IMG/VR virus record: IMGVR_UViG_3300024999_000053
Coordinates: 1 to 64,000 of that record
Strand: one strand, 5' to 3'
DNA: 64,000 nucleotides
From: a virus
Every line of letters starts with the position of its first letter. Position 1 is the first letter of the stretch. Below the pieces are notes generated by a model. That model made no database searches. It was not told the DNA's origin and saw only the letters and a list, made by a program, of their open reading frames with translations. Of the stretch, positions 63,349 to 64,000 are shown piece after piece. The translations under genes were made by a program, and so were the position numbers.

Positions 63349-64000
63349 ATGATTAAATGTATGTTAGACAGAAAGACTTTTGCAAAGAAACCAAATGGAT
63401 TTGAATCTAGTGGAATCCAACTAAGATTAATTAAAACAGAAATAGAAATTGAAGAATTAGCAAATTTATTGTGCAATGGAGCAACATTTAAACCTGCATA
63501 TCTTAATGGTACTAAAAGTAAAGATTGGATCAGTCAACAAATATTTGCTTTAGATTTTGATGAAGGGACTACTATTGCTAAAGAGTTAGAAAGATGTAAG
63601 GAGTTAAATATTAATCCAGTATTCGGGTATAAAACATTTTCTTATACAGAATATAAAGAGAAATTTAGACTAGTATTTTGTAATAATGAAGTAATAACTG
63701 ATGTTGAGATAAGGAATGACTTTCAAAATCTATTAATTAAATTATTCTCTAATAGTGATAGTGTTACTTTTGATCCTACTAGACTATTCTTTGGAGGTAA
63801 AGGGTTAATAGAGTGTAATTATAATAATAAAATAAATGTTAAAGAAATAATGGAAAATAATAAAGATTTATTAAATGAAATAAATAATGATAATAATAAA
63901 TCTCTTTCTTCTTCAAATAAATCATCTAAGGGTAAATTGAGCTTTCTCAATACTAATACACTAAACTCTTCTTCTATTAGTATTGCAGAAGCTCACACTC
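63349..64000 (+). CDS. Primase-polymerase (AEP-like) replication protein, 5' part; runs off the window
   Basis: Open to the end; QQIFALDFDEG (DxD), YKTFS...KFRLVF, DPTRLFFGG. Confidence 0.65.
   Translation, partial: MIKCMLDRKTFAKKPNGFESSGIQLRLIKTEIEIEELANLLCNGATFKPAYLNGTKSKDWISQQIFALDFDEGTTIAKELERCKELNINPVFGYKTFSYTEYKEKFRLVFCNNEVITDVEIRNDFQNLLIKLFSNSDSVTFDPTRLFFGGKGLIECNYNNKINVKEIMENNKDLLNEINNDNNKSLSSSNKSSKGKLSFLNTNTLNSSSISIAEAHT

Overview
AT-rich segment of a large SPbeta/c-st-like siphophage or prophage of a Bacillota (probably Clostridia) host, almost entirely on the + strand. It runs from head-tail/tail genes (196-3493), through about 24 kb of accessory cargo (RusA, tyrosine recombinase, antirepressor-like genes, two toxin-antitoxin-like pairs, Ig-domain surface protein, SF2 helicase), to a giant tape measure gene, tail-tip/receptor-binding genes, a lysis cassette and the start of a primase-like gene. 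Best-supported unusual feature: the tape measure gene is split by two ORF-less group I introns (29645-30062, 30179-30495) around a 116-nt exon that the ORF track misses; splicing restores a ~3624-aa protein. Most novel candidates: (1) a twice-repeated module of small DUF5659-like gene + SF2 helicase + ~55-bp inverted repeat + conserved DNA-hairpin element, with an exact 21-bp GCA-triloop hairpin shared 43 kb apart (origin-like or mobile-element-like); (2) at least five leaders whose hairpin loop is complementary to the ribosome-binding site of the next gene (candidate pseudoknot switches). Seven free-standing endonuclease genes are present, two inside wrecked genes. No tRNA, rRNA or CRISPR array was seen. 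All family assignments come from motif recognition by eye, not database searches.
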